Positions 27,200 to 40,492 are shown, counted from the first letter of the stretch. The stretch: 64,000 nt of DNA from Octopus vulgaris (GCA_951406725.2 OX597818.1:27466001-27530000), one strand, 5' to 3'. Numbers and translations are program-made. Notes: generated by a model not told the origin, from the letters alone.

Positions 27200-27429
27200 T
27201 AATCTACTATCTAGCAGACAGACAAAGAGTAGGGTGACCTTACCACCTCCACTTTCTATCACTCACACTTGTCACTGTCCATAGACACTCACACACACAC
27301 ATATAAGCAAACATATATATGCACACACATATACATACACATACATATATTTTTACATACATATACGTACATATATATACACATATACACACACATATAT
27401 TAATATATACCATACATAAGAAACTGACA

Positions 27430-28875
27430 TGAAAGTGCTATTATGAAAGGAGGCTGCTGAGTTTGGTGAATGCATGTGGGAACAAATTTCTTGGAGTTCT
27501 GTAATCCAAATGACATGATGATCTGCAAGACTAACTTCAAGAAACTAGCTAACCACCTGATCAACTAACAAGCTGGTGGACACACAAACCAGTTTGACAT
27601 CATCCTTTTCCAAGAACGAAATTATTAGTTGTGAATGCAAATCAGAGATGCAAACCAGTTTGGAAAGGGAAGATATGGAAACTTACAAGTCTATTGAACA
27701 GTTAGAAATTTAGAGAAGTATGAGTTGAAATATTTGATGAAAAAGAGGAAGAAATGGAGATGTATGGCTTAAAGGACAAATAGAAGTTTCCATGAGACAA
27801 CTCACTGGAGGAGCTTATAGACCAAATCCATGACTGGCATATGGTTTTAACCAGAATGGAAGTGATATGGTGGTGGAACAGTAAGTAAATAGTCATGAAA
27901 GTGGAGTGACACAGATGAAAAGATAGAATGAAAGGGGACAGCAAAGAAATATAGTAGAAGGGAAGCCAAGTGACAGGTTTACTTAGCAGAGGATAACATT
28001 AAGACTGGTGGAATAAGGTGTTCTGGATTGGAAGGCAGTATCTCAGAAAGAATCATGATATTGTGAGTTAGTAGTGTGTACAAATGGACAATGGCACACT
28101 TACATTTAGTAATACTGAAAGAAAAAGGTGTAGAAATGCTAATGTGAAAGGCAATTACATATGAAATATTTCCAATGCAGATGCAATAGAGGAACTGGTT
28201 ACTCTAGTAGGTAAACGAGTTAAGGATATAAAGGCAAGGAAAAGCTTGTAGACCATCAGGAATTACTGGTGCAAGGCTTAAAATATCTGACAGCATTGGA
28301 TATTGCTTCATAACTTGCATATTTGTTGGGCTGTGCAGAAGTCATACCCAATGATTGGCGTAGCAGTATCATAGTCAGCTGTTGCAAGTATAAATATGAT
28401 GCTTAAACCCTTTAGTACTCAGATTACTCTGTTTAATGTAATTCTTATTTATTCACATTGCTTTGAATTAATCATACATTATCTTGTAGCTCAGAGATTT
28501 TGATGATGTGATTGCTTATTTTTAGAATGACAATGGATGGGAGGTGTGAGAAGTTGTATTTGGCCTGTTTGAACAGGTAGAATATTTGGGATAGATATGG
28601 CCAGTTTAAATGCTAAATGTTTAAAGAGAGGTAATTACAGAGATATGAAATAATTGCATCAAATTATAAAAGTTACAGTAAGAGTTATAACCCAGTTAAT
28701 TAGGTAGAATACTAGCTTAGATAAGATGCAGTTTGGTTTTGAGCCAGGAAAAAAGTATTATTGTTGCTCTCTTTCTTGTGAGGCAACTACAAGAGAAGTG
28801 TTTAGCTAAAAGTGAGCCACTGTACTCAACATTTATCAACCTGGAGAAAGCCTTTCACAAGTTCCCTTGCTCTCT
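27430..28875 (+). mobile_element. RTE-clade LINE remnant, highly decayed
   Basis: Fragments read NTNFKK..HLI, RGNYRD.K, MQFG and VRQLQEKCLAKSEPLYSTFINLEKAF. Confidence 0.65.
28407..28620. mobile_element. MITE at a TTAA site (piggyBac-like) interrupting the RTE remnant
   Basis: ttaa-accctttag...tgctaaatgt-ttaa. Removing it approximately restores the RTE motif DAL-RGNYR. Confidence 0.5.
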
Positions 28876-30102
28876 AGGTAATACAGGAAAAGATTACCCA
28901 ATAGAGGGAGGTTTAATGGGCTATTAGAAATGGACATAGAATCCAAAAGTGCAATATATCTGAAATAGAAGGACCATATGTGAACAATAACTAGATTACT
29001 ATGTTAAGTATGTTATTGAAATAAAAGTTGCCTACTTGTAGAAGTGATCAGAGCTAAGTGCAGTGAAAATCTTTACATGAGATATTAGATATAACAGGTC
29101 GCCAGAACTGTGTATATGATAGATTAAGATGCCAGAAGTATTTACATTATATATAAAAAACACAGCACAGTGTGTCTGTCTAATTATATCCCTGAAGCAG
29201 TTTTGCATGGAAAGGGTTAAGTTGAGTTAAGCAGATATGTGATAACCTGTACAAAATTGTTAAAGGTAAAAACATTACACACGGTAAATACTATTGAAAA
29301 TGTATAAGTTGTTAAAAAGTTAATAGATCATAGAAGTAAGTGGGGCAAGATACATTAAAGAAATTATAGAGAGATCAGTGGAGAGGGAGAGAGTTTAAAT
29401 GATTAAAGACTATATGAATTCAGAAGATCTTAAAAGAATCTCACAAAGTCATTATAGAATCTAAAACCTCAGTCCTTCAGAAGTGCTTGCTCTGGTGTTT
29501 TCTCCTTTGCAGAATTCATATGCATTTCTCATAACAAATTAGACCTTACCCATATTAGTTAATCTTTTCTAATATTATCTAGTTTTTTAAACTCATTTCT
29601 CCTAACTTCTTAATACTTGATAGTGATCTTCTCTGAAAACTACAAGAATTTTCCTGAGTCCTGACCTTAATTCCCTTCTCATTTCTCTTGTTCCTTCCAC
29701 ACTGCTCCCCAACAGTGTCTATTCTGTTACTCTTTTTTACTATCACCCTCTCACATCTACAAGCCTGTTCTGCTCATCATACTTTATCCTAATCCCCTTA
29801 CTTAGAATCATCACACACTTTCTCCTTCCTATATGCCACTCAGCTTTAAATCTTCAGGTTTGCCAGTTGCAAGATGACCTATCTGTTGCTGTCAAAATCC
29901 ACCCAGTACACTCAGTAAAGCTGGCTTTAGGAAGGGCATTCAGTTGTCAAAACAAGGACAAAACAGTGACGCTGGAGCATGATGCACTTCTCAATCCTGC
30001 TGCATTCTGTAAAAGCACACAGCCCATACCAGCATGCAAAGCAGTTATAAAACAATGGTGATGAATTATGATAAAGATGATGATGATGATGATATATATA
30101 TA

Positions 30103-30481
30103 TCATCATCATCATCATTGTTTAATGTCCGTCTTCCATGCATGCATGGGTAGAATGTTTGGCAGGAGCTGTCCTGATAGAAGACTACCCCAGTCTACTG
30201 TGTCTGTTTTGGTAAGGTTTCTACAGCTGGATGCCTTTCCTAACACCAACTGCTTTTCGGACTCAGTGCTTTTTATGTGGCACTAGCACAGGTAAGGTTA
30301 GTTTTGGCATGATTTTTGTAGCTGGATGCCCTTCCAAATGCCAACCACTTTACAGTGTAGACTGGATGCTTTATATGTGGCATCAGCACTGGCAGGGTCA
30401 CCAAGTAACTCAGAAGACATAGAATTTTGAGAGGAGCAAGAGCATTTGAGGAGGGAAGTTGTGTCAGAGGATGAAAGGTTA

Positions 30482-30519
<38 letters not shown>

Positions 30520-31400
30520 GAAAGAGGTGTCTTACTATAGAGGAGGAACATTGTTACCAAATGAGAGATTGAGAGAGAGAGAGAGAGAAGGAGAAGAAAA
30601 GAGAGGAAGAGAGAGAAGGTGAGAGAGGGAAAGAGAGGTACAAGAAAGATTACAGAAACAGGTGTGCTGATGTGAAGGAGATACTTGGTTACCTAGTCAG
30701 AGGGAAAAGTAAGACAAGAAGAGGGAGCAATCAAGAATAAGAGCAGAAACAGGTGTGCTGCTGTAGAGGAGATACATGGCTACTCAGCCAAAGGGAAGAG
30801 CAAGGGAAAGAGAGAGAGAATCAGCAAAAGTGCAAGAGAGAGTAGGAGAGAGATGGTGAAGTACCAGGGTATACTCACAAGTAACAAGGATCAGAGCATT
30901 TATGTGATGGTAGAGCAAGGAAGAAGAGGTATGGAGGTCATAATATATGTGGTCAAGTATTGCCAAGAAGGTGCTAGTAAGGAATGGGGATTGCAGTGAT
31001 TGGCAAAACCCTGTGTATAAAAATGGAGGGGGGAAAAGCAGTGATACAGTGAGCAGGGTAGTGAGGGCAGATAGTGATCCAATGAGGGATTGGAAGACAA
31101 TCATAGTTTATGAAGAGGGAATGTGAAGGAGAGAAAGATGCTGTTTAGAATTGTTACATGTGGGTGGGACACAATGCTTCTAGCACTCAGTTCCATATTC
31201 AGAAGTGCATGTCATTGGTACCTATGTGGATGGTACCTATGGAAGAGGGAGACCCAAGAAGACATATGATGAAGTGGTGAGGATCAACCTTAGGAAATGA
31301 CAATGGACCATGATGTTTCGCAATATGAGGTTCTAGCCTGCCTTTATTCATATGCATCACATGTCCAAACCAACACATTCTCTTCTCCTGCATGCCACAT
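30103..31400 (-). mobile_element. RTE-family 3' end (tail, UTR, last codons)
   Basis: (CAT)n-gtttaatgtccgtcttccatgc head, as in other copies. Minus ORF 31199-31393 reads MQEKRMCWFGHVMHM, the RTE C-terminal motif. Confidence 0.65.
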
Positions 31401-31419
31401 CCTATTAAAGATACACAAA

Positions 31420-32460
31420 GTTACTGGCCTGTATACTACATAGTTATTCAATATAACACCTGCCCGCTTTAATAACTTCCTTGAGATGACTGTGGAATTA
31501 GGAACAGGTGTGTTTCACAGTTGCAGCTGATAAATCTTGGAAAGCCTAGCAGATGTGCTGCTTTGGCCCATCCTTGATCCTGAAGGTAGTCTTGTTAGGG
31601 ACTCTCTTGACTGTACTCCAGAATAAAATAGTCTAGAGGATTGCAGTTCGGAAAATTAGGATGTCACATGTATGGGCTGACATGATTGTAAAGTTGTTTG
31701 AAAGCCATGTTTGAGTCCTCCTGACCATCTTACTGATATCTTTAATCCAGGTCTTCATCACAGTCTCCAGAACTCCTAGTTTACATTCAGCCCCACATTA
31801 AAGATGTGAGGGGGCATGACATGTTCTTCATTGCTGATTATGCCAAAGAAACCATGTGGACAGGAATCTTGCTTTTCATGTCCCTAGAAACATCATCTTG
31901 GCTAACTTCTAACCATCTGTTATTTTGCTTGTTGTGTACTTTGTTTTACCAAAAGTGTTTGCATCCGAAAAATACCCAAACCTTGTTTGAATCCAAGATA
32001 TACTTTGACTTGCTTAAAAGTTCCTTGCTTCTCTTCATGTGGTTCCCTTAGGATTTCTGAGTGAGCAACTGTCCTGTCTGCATCTTGTAATGAAGGTCTT
32101 CATTCTCACAAGTTTTCATAATTTTATCAATGCAGTCGAATCTCACATATCCCAATGGTGGGTGTCTTCCTTAAGGAACTGCTTAACTTTCTAGATGAAA
32201 TCAGCACTTCTCACCCTTTGTTTACTGCAATTATGAGTTTCCCAAAGTAGCCACAGTGTTAATGTCAAAGTTACTATCCTCTGACTATTTCTTTACCCTC
32301 TGGACTATGTGCAGTGATAGCTTTAGGTTGTCAGCCTTGGTATTCATGCCAACACAGACTGCAGACACCACCACCTTCTTTTTCCACTCCTCAGGCCACT
32401 TGTATTCTTTTAATCTGTCTGGGTTTGTCATTTCTTTGAAGTCATGTACAAACAATATTA
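31420..32460 (-). mobile_element. Tc1/mariner-superfamily transposase remnant
   Basis: Minus strand reads QDSCPH at about 31853-31872 and M*HPNFPNCNPLDYF at about 31625-31670, decayed forms of QD.AP.H and WPPNSPDxNPLDY. Confidence 0.55.
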
Positions 32461-32650
32461 GTTTACATCATAACTTTCAAAATAGTATTTGATTTTTAGT
32501 TTAAACAGAGACACTAATTTAAAATCCACATGCTGTACTTCAATAAAACTTAGAAAATGTTAAATTCCATTGCATATCTTTACCATTGACTCAAAATTAT
32601 TAATCTTTATTAATAATCCAGTCTATAAAATATTCCCATTTTATATCTAA

Positions 32651-32955
32651 CTAGCAGTATCGCCCAGCGTTGCTCGGGTTTGTAAGGGAAATAACTATAT
32701 AAGCATTTTTAGAGAGTTACTTCCCTTATATAAACCGAGCCAAAAATGCATTAAAAATGCGGAAAAATGATGGTAAATATTTTTTTAAATCGTAGACTCA
32801 TCATAGACACGTGCTAATACCCAGAAGGGCTCGATATGAATCACGACTATAAGATACCAGCTTTTGGTTAAACTGCACCACAAAATGTGGGAGTAGTTAG
32901 GAATCTAAATTGGAGTAGACAGACTCTCACACAACTTCACTTTTATATATAAAGA
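32651..32955 (-). mobile_element. Non-autonomous Helitron, 305 bp, both termini intact
   Basis: On the minus strand: A|TCTTTATATATAAAAG at the 5' end, a GC-rich hairpin (acccgagcaacgctgggc), then CTAG|T at the 3' end. Excision restores ttttatatctaa-tttcttgaag, matching paralogous acceptors. Confidence 0.88.
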
Positions 32956-32965
32956 TTTCTTGAAG

Positions 32966-32980
32966 ATGTGGAAAATAGCC
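32966..32980 (+). pseudogene. Decayed type A microexon (acceptor kept, body and donor deleted)
   Basis: tttcttgaag|atgtggaaaata runs straight into ccaatattgatagtacacacca, the intron sequence that follows type A exons elsewhere (e.g. about 42432). Confidence 0.65.
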
Positions 32981-33216
32981 AATATTGATAGTACACACCA
33001 TAATTTTAGAACAGTTTGAAACTTGAAAGAATGCAAGCAACCCTAAATAATATCAATCTCTAACATTTTTCTATTAATTGGTGTATGTGTATGAGTATGA
33101 ATGTGTTTGTGAGTCTAGTTCCTTAGTATTTACTTTGGTAGTATCAGTACACTAACATAGTTTGTTTTTATTTTATTTATAACATGTTATCTATTCTTTG
33201 TATTAATTTCTTAAAG

Positions 33217-33258
33217 ATATGGACATTGCTTGTATGAATGGTTCAGAGAAAACTGATG
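33217..33258 (+). CDS. Cytoplasmic microexon type B (42 nt), Tyr replaced by Cys: DMDIACMNGSEKTD
   Basis: tttcttaaag|...gatg|gtaagt. Colinear with 52396-52437 and 59928-59969. Confidence 0.78.
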
Positions 33259-33587
33259 GTAAGTATATGAGCATTTCTTTAATAAATTACATTCATTAAA
33301 GCACAAGTTTATTCTTTTACTGATTTCAGCCCAAGGCTGTAGCCATTCTGAGATTCTGACATTATACAGTACACTATTTTTGTTTCTAAATACACATTTA
33401 TACATAAAATATACATTATAATATATTTCAATATTATTTTTATACTACTTTTGTGCAACAACAAAATAGTTAAAACATATTCTCCAAGCAAATAATTCTG
33501 CTCAAATATTATTTAATTTCTTGAATCTGGGGAAGATCATTATGCTGTTGTTCAAAACATGTTGTATACATATATTTTTGTATAAAA

Positions 33588-33910
33588 TCATCATCATTTA
33601 ATGTCCATTTTCTGTGCTGGCATGGGTTGGGCAGTTTGACAGGAACTGGCAAGCTGGAGAGCTGCACCAGGTTCTAAATGTCTGTTTTGACAATGCTTCC
33701 AAGGCTTGATGCACTTCTTAATGCCAACCACTTTCCAGAGTCTATTGGGTGCTATTCATGTAGCACCAGCACAAGCTCCTTTTACTTGGCACCAAAACAA
33801 GTGCTTTTTACAACATCAGCACAGGTGCTTTTTATGTGGCATCAGCACAGGTGATTTATACACTGGCACTAGCACCTGTGGAATCACCTAGTAGCTTGCA
33901 AGACAAAGAT
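33588..33910 (-). mobile_element. RTE-family 3' end fragment
   Basis: catcatcatttaatgtccattttctgtgctggcatgggttgg head shared with other copies. Confidence 0.65.
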
Positions 33911-34091
33911 CTCTCAGCTGAGAGAGGGAGTAGAGCCAAAAGAACTGGTTGTATCCGAAACAAGTGGTAAGAGTGTGATAGAGGGACAGAGATATCTCTA
34001 TCTCTACAAAGAGTAGATACTTGACTACACCAGTAGGACAAGAAGGAGAGGAAGGTGTGAAAGAGTTAAAGAGAAAGATAGAAATACAGTC

Positions 34092-34129
<38 letters not shown>

Positions 34130-34154
34130 TTTTCACATCGTACATTGAGAAGCA

Positions 34155-35073
34155 GTCATCATTATCATCATCATTATCATCCTCGTTTAGCATCCGCTTT
34201 CCATGCTAGCATGGGTTGGACAGTGCAACTGGGGTCTGGGAAGCCAGAAGGCTGCACCAGGCCCAGTCTGATCTGGCAATGTTTCTACGGCTAGATGCCC
34301 TTCCTAACGCCAACCACTCCATGAGTGTAGTGGGTGCTTTTTACGTGCCACCTGCACAGGTGCCAGACAAGTCTGGCAAACGGCCACGGTTGGATGGTGC
34401 TTTTTACGTGCCACCAGCATGGAGGCCAGGTGAGGCTAGCAAATGGCCACGATCGGATTGTGCTTTTTACATGCCACCAGCATGGAGGCCAGGCGCGGCT
34501 GGCAGCGGCCATGATCGGATGGTGCTTTTTACGTGCCACCGGCACGGAAGCCAGTCAGGGCGGCACTGGCAACGGCCACGTTCGGATGGTTCTCTTATGT
34601 GCCACCAGCACTGATATCACAGCGACAATTTCCATTCATGTTGATCAATTTTGATTTTTGATTTTTTGATTTTTTTGATTTTGATTTTCACTTGCCTCAA
34701 CAGGTCTTCACAAGTAGGGTTTTGTGTCCCAAGAAGGAAAGGTATGCATAAGTGGATTGAGGCCATGGGTGATGGTCTCACTTGTCCTGCCGGGTCTTCT
34801 CACGCACAGCATACTTCCAAAGGTCTAGGTCTCTAGTCATTTCCTCAGTGAGACCTAAAGTTCGAAGGTCGTGCTTCACCACCTCATCCCAGGTTTTCCT
34901 GGGTCTGCCTCTTCCACAGATTCCCTCAACAGCTAGGGTGTGGCACTTTTTCACACAACTATCTTCATCCATTCTCACCACATGGCCATACCAGTGCAAA
35001 CGTCTCTCTTGCACACCGCAACTGATGCTTCTTAGGTCCAACTTCTCTCTCAAGGTACTTACACTCTGTCGAG
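34155..35073 (-). mobile_element. RTE-clade LINE 3' end, comparatively young (ORF end, 3' UTR, (GAT)n tail)
   Basis: ORF 34778-35143 reads LREKLDLRSISCGVQERRLHWYGHVVRMDEDSCVKKCHTLAVEGICGRGRPRKTWDEVVKHD. The UTR has tandem repeats and CpGs are retained. Confidence 0.85.
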
Positions 35074-35299
35074 TATAAATAATAAAGATGGGATAGAGGA
35101 GATGTTCCATAAGAGTGTGATTGAAACTGTTTAGAGATAACAAGTGATGGTGAAAGGAATTGGAGTGGCTGAGAAGGGTCTTATTGGAGAAAGAGAGAAA
35201 GTGAGAGAGGGAGAGTGTGTGTGTGTGTGGAGGGGCCTCTAGTGGGGTGTCAGGAAGAGGGGTTTTGACAGAGGACAGGTGTATCTGAGAGGGTCATGG

Positions 35300-36141
35300 C
35301 TGTATGTACAGATGGCTATGATTTTACTTAGCTTGATATGTCTTCTCAAGCACAGTAAATCACCAGATGTCTTGGTTCCTTGTCATCTCCTCTGTGAGGT
35401 TCAATACCTGAAGCTAATTTTCACCACTTTATCCCATGTCTTCCTGGGTCTACCTCATCTACAGGTTTCTTCCACATTTAGAGACAGGCACTTCTTTGTG
35501 CAGCTCTTTTCCTCCATACACATCACTTGATCATACTAGTGCAATCTTTTCTCTTGCACACTATATCTGATACTTTTTATGTCCAATTTTACTCTTAAAT
35601 CACTTACACTCTGTTGTACATGTACATTAACATTATCCATTCAGTGGAGCATGCTGGCTTCATTTCTGTTAAGTTTTTGCATGTCCTCTGTTGCCCATGT
35701 TTCACTGCCATGACTCCATCATGGACAACCTGATGTACTATATGAGTAACTAGGCGATTTCCTACTCTACCAGATATTTTAAGCATCTCAGTGGTGATTT
35801 CTGTTGGGCCAGGGGCTTTCCTTGCCTTCATATCCTTAATTGCTTTATCTATCAAGCTAATGTTGATTTGGATAGCTGGTCTCTCTGTTGGGTCCACATT
35901 AGGCAAACTTTCCTTCACCCATACATTCTCTACATTTAGCAGACTTTCATAGCGACACTTTCATCCTTTTTGAAGATTCCCTAAGTGCAAGTGTACCATC
36001 ATGCATGTGAACACATTTCTTTCCTACAACATCATGATTTCCTCAAACACATTGTCTTGTAATCTCAAGCACATCAAGCCTCTGGTTCTCACACCATAGA
36101 ACATTGTCAAATCTTTTCCTTTCTGCTTCTCCCTTAGTAAA
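35300..36141 (-). mobile_element. Older RTE LINE fragment interrupted by the Gypsy element (continues at about 40066-40270)
   Basis: ORF 35604-35918 reads LIDKAIKDMKARKAPGPTEITTEMLK. The RTE sequence resumes after the right LTR. Confidence 0.75.
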
Positions 36142-39100
36142 TGTTGTAGCAAGAGTATAACACCCTCTGATGAGAATAGAGAGAACCACTACATATAAAT
36201 AGTAGCAATCTGATGTAGTTGGCAGTTCATAGTTTGGTCTTCGAAGTTCAAGTACAGTTTGAATTAGTATGTTGAAAATATTGATTGTTGGTTCGTTGTG
36301 TGTTTGTTGCTGCCACTGTTTCTATTTTGTATTGTTATAACACTGTTACAGTGTATTCTTTATCTATCATTGACAATATCAACTGTGCTACGATATTGGA
36401 GGGATAAGGATATAACATCTGGTGACGAGGTTTTTTGAAGCTCACATAGGTTATTTGACAATTTATTCACATACAAATTGTTAAATTATGGAGAACCTAT
36501 TAGCTGTAGCAATACAGCTACAAGAGAAGAAACAGGAACCACTACAGGAATTGCAGAAACAAATATTACAACAACAACAACAGTTAATTGAGTTATAGTC
36601 AAGGAAGTCTGAAAATTCAGTAAGTTTGTTTACGCCAGACAGTGTGGTGAACTCGATTTCTGAATTCACTTATAATCCAGATGAGGGTATTACATTTCCT
36701 GCATACTGTAGAGGGTACAAGGAAATATTTTACAAAGATTGCAAGTCATGGTCAGATGAAGAGAAAATGAGGCTATTACTACTTAAGGTAGCTTTGGCCA
36801 AGCCTGCATGCTACTGTAACTTTGTATTGCCAAAAAAGTCAAGTGAGATTTGTTTCCAAGAAACTATTGAATTACTATCAAAGATTTTTTTGTGACAAAA
36901 GTTCATTATTTAACACTTGAATGGAGTGTTGGAACTTAAACAAAAAATGACTATGATGACTTTATTATATACACTGGAGTGGTCAACCATATGTGTGAAA
37001 ATTTTAAACTTCAAAAACTCACATAGAATATGTTTAAATCCCTTATATTCGTACAGGCCTTACAGCAACCAAAGAGAGAGCAATTCAGGCAAGGATTCTT
37101 TCAAAAATGGAGCAAGTGAACCAAAACTTAACCCTACAGACAATTGCAGAGGAATGCCAAACAATGGTAAACCTGAAGCATGATGTGAAAAAATTCAAGA
37201 GAAAGATTCCACAAAAATACAGATGTAATGACCAAGAAAGTACAACCAAAAAAGATTGCTAGGCCCCAATCTATGTTATGGATGTGGAGACCTACACTTC
37301 AGAAAAGGGTGTCTGTTTAAAAACCGAAAATGCTATAGTTGTCAGAAACTTGGTCACAAGAGCTCACACTACAGGACAAGATTATGAGGGTCAAACTCAA
37401 AACGTTCTAAGGTGCTTTCAGCAGAAAGTGAACGAGACACAAAAATAAGAAAATTCATACATAAATAGTGTAAGTATTAAACTATAGTTGAGTATGGGTA
37501 GTGATATTTCTCTCATAAATGTGGCTATATGGAGAAAAATTGGGAAACCGAGGTTATGTAAAACAGCGAACATTGCATGTGGCGTGATGGGCAATTAAGT
37601 ACATTTCATGGGCAAAATGTGTACAGATGTCAAATTTCAAGGAGAAACATGCAAAGCAAAAATATTCATTGTGGAAAATACAATCAATCTGTTTGGTACA
37701 GATTGGTTGGAGTTATTTGACTTATGGTACCTCCCCATAAGTCTCTACTGCAAAGACATAAATGGTTGTTCCGTTAAAAATGAATCGTCTGAGGAATTGA
37801 GGAGAAAAAGATGTTTCCTCAAGGACTGAGGTCTATGTTTCCTGGAGGACTGAGGTCTATGTAAAAAGACTGAAACCTGCTTTCAAGTAAGGAAAAACGC
37901 TGTGCCTATATTTAAATCTAACAGAAAAGTACCGTTTGTAGCAATTGAAATTGTAAATGAAGAGTTGGACAAACTGGAAAAGAGTGGAATCATCAAAAAG
38001 GTGGATTACTTGAAGTGGACGGTGTCCATGGTGTGCATTAAAAAGAAAGATAATAAGATCAGGCTATATGCTGATTTCTCTACAGGATTGAATGACTTCT
38101 TAAAGACATGCTACCATCCACTCCTGACTTCAGAAGACATTTTTGCAAAATTAAATGGTGGAAAAATTTTCTTCAAATTGGATCTGTCTGAAGCTTATTA
38201 ACAGATTAAAGTAAATGACAAATGCTCAAAGAACCTGACAATAAATATACATAGAGAATTGTACAAATATACCTGGTTGCCTTTTGGATTAAAGGTTGCA
38301 CCGACAATATTTTAGCAAACCATGGATACTATGTTATATGATTGTGAATTTGCAATCCATTATTTGGGCAATATATTGATTAAGAGTAATTCATGTGAAT
38401 ACCATGCGGAACATAAAAGCTTTTTTCAAGAAAATTAAAGAGTACGGGTTCACTTTGAGTGAAGAAAAATGCAAATTCTTTTTGCCTCAAATTAAGTACT
38501 TAGGGCAAATAATTGATAAAAATGGTATTTGGTCTGATCCATTGAGGGCAGATGCAATAATAAATATGCCTACTCTGACAAATGTACCAACATTACAAGC
38601 ATTATAAGAGGGAGGGACAGAGATATGAAGGTCTTCTGGTGCAGAAGTGAGGCAGAGCTCTGTGGGAGTTTCCAGTGTAAGGGAAGAGATTACCAGTATA
38701 AGAGAAGAGATTACTGGTATGAGAGAAGGGATTTCCAGTACAAGAGAAGGGATTTCTGGTATTGGTAGTGGGGCGGGAAAGGGTGGGCACATTGTGAACA
38801 AACAATGGCTAGATTCACCACATGAAAATCAAAATAGCAGCAAGAGAACAATAGTGAGGCAAAGAATGACAGAACACATGAGAATTATGTCAAGTATTTA
38901 AAGAGATACGATTCTAAAATTATTAGAGAAAGAAAACAGGTTATGAAGTTATTTTAACTCAAGAATATTAGCATGTTAGTAATACATGTTAAATGAATAA
39001 AAGAATGATGAACAATTGAAAACAAGAGAAATTTCTTTACTTAGTGGCTGGATATTTCATGTCATGATATGATAGTGTCAGATAGTAGGGCAAGATGTAA

Positions 39101-40065
39101 AGGTTTGGGATAAACCATGTGCAAAGGAGTTCTTTATATAATCTACAGCTGGAAGTGGTCAAATAAGTGGCTAGCTTCACCAGAAGAAAATCGAAATTGC
39201 AGCAACAGGACAATAGTGAGGCAAAAAATGATTGAACATATGAGAATTATGTCAAGTATTTAAAGAGATACGATTCTAAAGTTATAAGAGAAAGCCATGT
39301 ACAAATTCACGAAAGTCACCCACAGAGTTGATGTTTGTGAGAAGAACAGAATTGATTTTTGATAATTTATTGCCAGAGAAAAAAAGATGTAAAGGAAATA
39401 TGAAAGATACAATGAAATATTTCGAAATAGGAGACAAAGTGTATTATAAAACCTACAGTAATGGCAAAGAAGAATGGGAGGATGGCTGTGTAACCAAAAA
39501 AATAGAAACTATCTAATTAAAGGACCATGTTGGGAACATAAGAGACACATAAATCAGCAAAAGAAGAGACATTCTGAGGAATGTGGAGAGATTCCTATGG
39601 AAGTATTTTTTATGTATTTGATGTCCCAGTACTAACAGAAATGGAGTCGCATAGAACCAGTGTGAGAAAACAGAAGCAGACTGAACACCTTGAGATAAGG
39701 CCCAAGTGAAAAAGATACTAAAAAAACAATAATAAATAAAATTTATTTATTTATTTATTTGGAACTCAAAATCACAAAGGAGAGATGTTGTGGTGAGAGT
39801 ACGATACCCTCTGATGGAAATAGATGAGACCACTACATATAAATAGTAGCAGTCTGACATAAGCAGCAGTTTGTAGTTTGGTCTTCAAAGTCCAGGTACA
39901 GGTTACAGTTCAAGTTAGTGAGTTGGAAATATTAATTGTTGGTTTATGTGTTTGTTACTGCTGCTGTTTTTATTTTGTATTGTTATAACACTGTTACAGT
40001 ATATTCTTCATCTATCACCGGCAATATCAACTGTGCTATGATATTGGAGGTGTATGGATATAACA
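36142..40065 (+). mobile_element. Ty3/Gypsy LTR retrotransposon, both LTRs, degenerate gag-pol
   Basis: LTRs at 36142-36417 and 39786-40065 (TGTTG...TAACA). PBS tctggtgacgag, PPT aaaggagaga, flanks gtaaa/ataaa. Gag with CCHC-like knuckles at about 37270-37370. RT reads IRLYADFSTGLN, GKIFFKLDLSEAY, LPFG and KCKFFLPQIKYLGQII. Confidence 0.9.
38657..38768 (+). repeat. 21-bp minisatellite, about 5 copies, inside the Gypsy element
   Basis: Unit approximately gagagaagggatttccagtac (ORF VREEITS IREEITG MREGISS TREGISG). Confidence 0.8.
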
Positions 40066-40492
40066 ATAAAATAAACGTTTTCTAGCTCCCTTTCTGGTTG
40101 CCTGATATAGATTTTTGCAACTACTATTCTGCCCATCCTTCCAGATTTGTTTCTTTGGTCTAATGGCCCTGTGTACTATACTGTTCCATTATCCTATCAT
40201 GTCACCTTAGGGCTGGAAGGGACTTTGCACTAGCCATAAATTTGGTCAGTGACCCTCATTAAGTTATTTATTCAAAAAACCCCAGTAAGTATAATTGATA
40301 CGGATTGTACATAGCAAGATCTGAACAGAAAGTTAATAACAAATTTATATCAAACTATTAATGTGTGTGTGTGTGTGTGTGTGACTATGAGACTATTTAC
40401 TTAGTATCTTTTCTGGTAATATCAACACACTACTAATATATTTAAATTTTATTCATAATCAAGTTATTTATACTTTTCTCTAATTCTTAAAG

